Positions 62,720 to 64,000 of a DNA stretch of 64,000 nucleotides are shown in pieces. Position 1 is the first letter of the stretch. Each line of letters starts with the position of its first letter. The position numbers were made by a program, and so were the translations under genes. The notes beneath the pieces are model-generated. The model saw only the letters and a program-made list of their open reading frames with translations. It was not told the origin of the DNA and ran no database searches. This stretch comes from an uncultured Acidobacterium sp. GTDB lineage: Bacteria; Acidobacteriota; Terriglobia; Terriglobales; Acidobacteriaceae. The DNA is taken from positions 197,786-261,785 of the forward strand of contig CAZHTJ010000001.1 in assembly GCA_964535525.1 (NCBI GenBank), given 5' to 3'.

Positions 62720-63919
62720 CTATGCTTTGTTCTTCTCGAAGACGTCGTCCAACCAGTCGAATATGATCTGGTGCGCAAGGCTTTCGTCGTTGACTCCGCA
62801 GTGAGCCTCGCCGCCCTCCTTCGTGGTGATGATGTGCTGCGCCCTGGGACAGGTCAGCTTGTCGTAGAACTTCTGACTGACAACAGCCAGTTGTCCCTCG
62901 CCTTGTCCACCGATGTTGAAATACGGGCAGGTGATCTTGCCCTCCAAACCCCACAAGTTGTACTTGCTCAGCCCGTCGACAAACTCCGCGATCGTTCCGC
63001 CGCTCGCACCATGTCGGTAACGTATGTCTCGCTGGGCGATAAACCTGCTCCCAACGGTCGACAGATCGATTTTGTCCTCAAGGTTTCTGGGGCAAGGTTG
63101 ATCCACCGGTAACCCGAGCATTACCTGCGCCGCATTCTGCCAGTTAGGCAAGGTAGTGCTCGCAATGCAGGCCTTTATCCGCTTCTCAAAGGCCGCTGCC
63201 CTCGGCGCAAAGTACCCGCCCAGGCTCCAGCCGGCTAAGGCAAGGCGCGTCGGATCGACATCGGCACGACCGAGCACCCAATCGCAAACGTATTGCAGTG
63301 GAACTTCGGTATCCGGCCGAAAGAACAGCTCCGCACCGGGATTCGAATACATCGCACCTCGCTGCCCCGGAATCTCGAACAGCAATGCGTTGTATCCCCG
63401 GCGAACCGCCGCCGCGCCGCCGCCCCAGAAATAGAGTTCCTCCGCCAGGGAGTCGGCTCCCCCCAGGCTCATCAATGTTGGTCGTGGCTCATCGCTCGCG
63501 TTAGCTTTCAGGAAGTAGCCGGGAAGCGACCACCCATTCTCATAGGGAATGCTGACAACCTCGAAGGGCAGGTCCATCAATTTTCCAGCTTGCATAAAAC
63601 ACTCACGTTGACGGTCCCAGCCAGCGTGGCAGCCGGGATCAGTTGTGCTTTGGTAAAACCCCACCTCGCGCCAGTACGACGATGCCCGCAGGAAAGCCTC
63701 TCGCGCACTCACCAGATGCCTGCCCGCAAGCGATTTGCGTGCGATAGCCTCCACCCGCTCCGCGGTAACGCGCCATGCTTCCGTATAGCTATCTTCCTTT
63801 TCGTCCTCGATGCGCGAGGCGGTCTCATAGCACTCGCCTATCTCCGCCCCCTCATACGTGGTACACCCCATCGTTCGCACGAACTGGAAATCGAAGTTGC
63901 CCTTGAATCGCCCCGGCAT
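62720..63919 (-). CDS. Alpha/beta hydrolase (FrsA / dipeptidyl-aminopeptidase-like fold)
   Basis: Nucleophile elbow GWSLGG. Cap-like N-terminal domain. C-terminal ...GGEAHCG... His context. Confidence 0.75.
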   Translation of the reverse strand: MPGRFKGNFDFQFVRTMGCTTYEGAEIGECYETASRIEDEKEDSYTEAWRVTAERVEAIARKSLAGRHLVSAREAFLRASSYWREVGFYQSTTDPGCHAGWDRQRECFMQAGKLMDLPFEVVSIPYENGWSLPGYFLKANASDEPRPTLMSLGGADSLAEELYFWGGGAAAVRRGYNALLFEIPGQRGAMYSNPGAELFFRPDTEVPLQYVCDWVLGRADVDPTRLALAGWSLGGYFAPRAAAFEKRIKACIASTTLPNWQNAAQVMLGLPVDQPCPRNLEDKIDLSTVGSRFIAQRDIRYRHGASGGTIAEFVDGLSKYNLWGLEGKITCPYFNIGGQGEGQLAVVSQKFYDKLTCPRAQHIITTKEGGEAHCGVNDESLAHQIIFDWLDDVFEKNKA

Positions 63920-64000
63920 CCCGGCAGTGGCGCCAAACGGCCCTGTGGTGCTCTTTTGAGTGGCAGGGGCGGTTAATGTGTTGGAAATCGTATCTTGTAT

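Noticed and set aside
8218-62722. Three in-frame TAG codons (8218-8220 in UXS; 11923-11925 in the RHH/MobC-like ORF; 62720-62722 between the hydrolase and the downstream small ORF), suggesting amber read-through or recoding.
   Set aside because: TAG is used as an ordinary terminator by several intact genes here (PTPS copy 2, metallophosphoesterase, DUF1345, folE). No suppressor tRNA or Pyl machinery is visible. The third case has a one-in-three chance of being in frame. Nonsense mutations or coincidence are more parsimonious.

Overview
High-GC bacterial chromosome segment. The gene content and repeat families look acidobacterial (Terriglobia-like), but that is inference only.

Layout, left to right:
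1. 1-9190: an exopolysaccharide locus with a BY-kinase/Wzc (runs off the left edge), a WecB-type GT, an epimerase, a priming glycosylphosphotransferase, PilZ, an atypical LuxR regulator and UDP-glucuronate decarboxylase. The priming transferase (frameshift) and the decarboxylase (in-frame TAG) look inactivated.
2. 9190-14844: a degraded integrative island next to tRNA-Gln(CTG). It carries an AbiEii-type nucleotidyltransferase pair, an RHH/PIN pair, AlpA, an integrase stub and an unassigned operon.
3. 15000-46700: core genes. These are ybbA/ybbP-tesA, truB, a GT2-PTPS-PTPS-folE operon, redoxin, hydrolases/dehydrogenases, an aminotransferase, a wHTH-TPR regulator, a DNRLRE-collagen protein, ribBA, an RHH + 4-TM membrane protein pair, a metallophosphoesterase, an orphan DppD ATPase, csp, a B12-radical SAM enzyme, HU and pgsA.
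4. 46705-56330: a 9.6-kb element in tRNA-Val(GAC), bounded by a perfect 46-bp direct repeat. It encodes integrase, Xis-like HTHs, HK97-type major capsid, portal, P27-type small terminase, two head-completion proteins and a sigma-like regulator. I find no large terminase, protease, tail, lysis or replication genes.
5. 56694-63919: a TolC / ABC-2 efflux operon and an alpha/beta hydrolase.

The strongest candidate for something new is the tRNA-Val element, which reads as a capsid-encoding phage-satellite-like island.

Other notable signals:
- Pervasive 7-bp-period tandem arrays at gene 3' ends, some placing stop codons in all three frames.
- Two related REP/MITE-like repeat families.
- A 15-bp tandem array built on the palindrome TTAGCTAA.

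Many long Arg/Pro-rich ORFs in the supplied track are antisense shadows of real genes and were not called.
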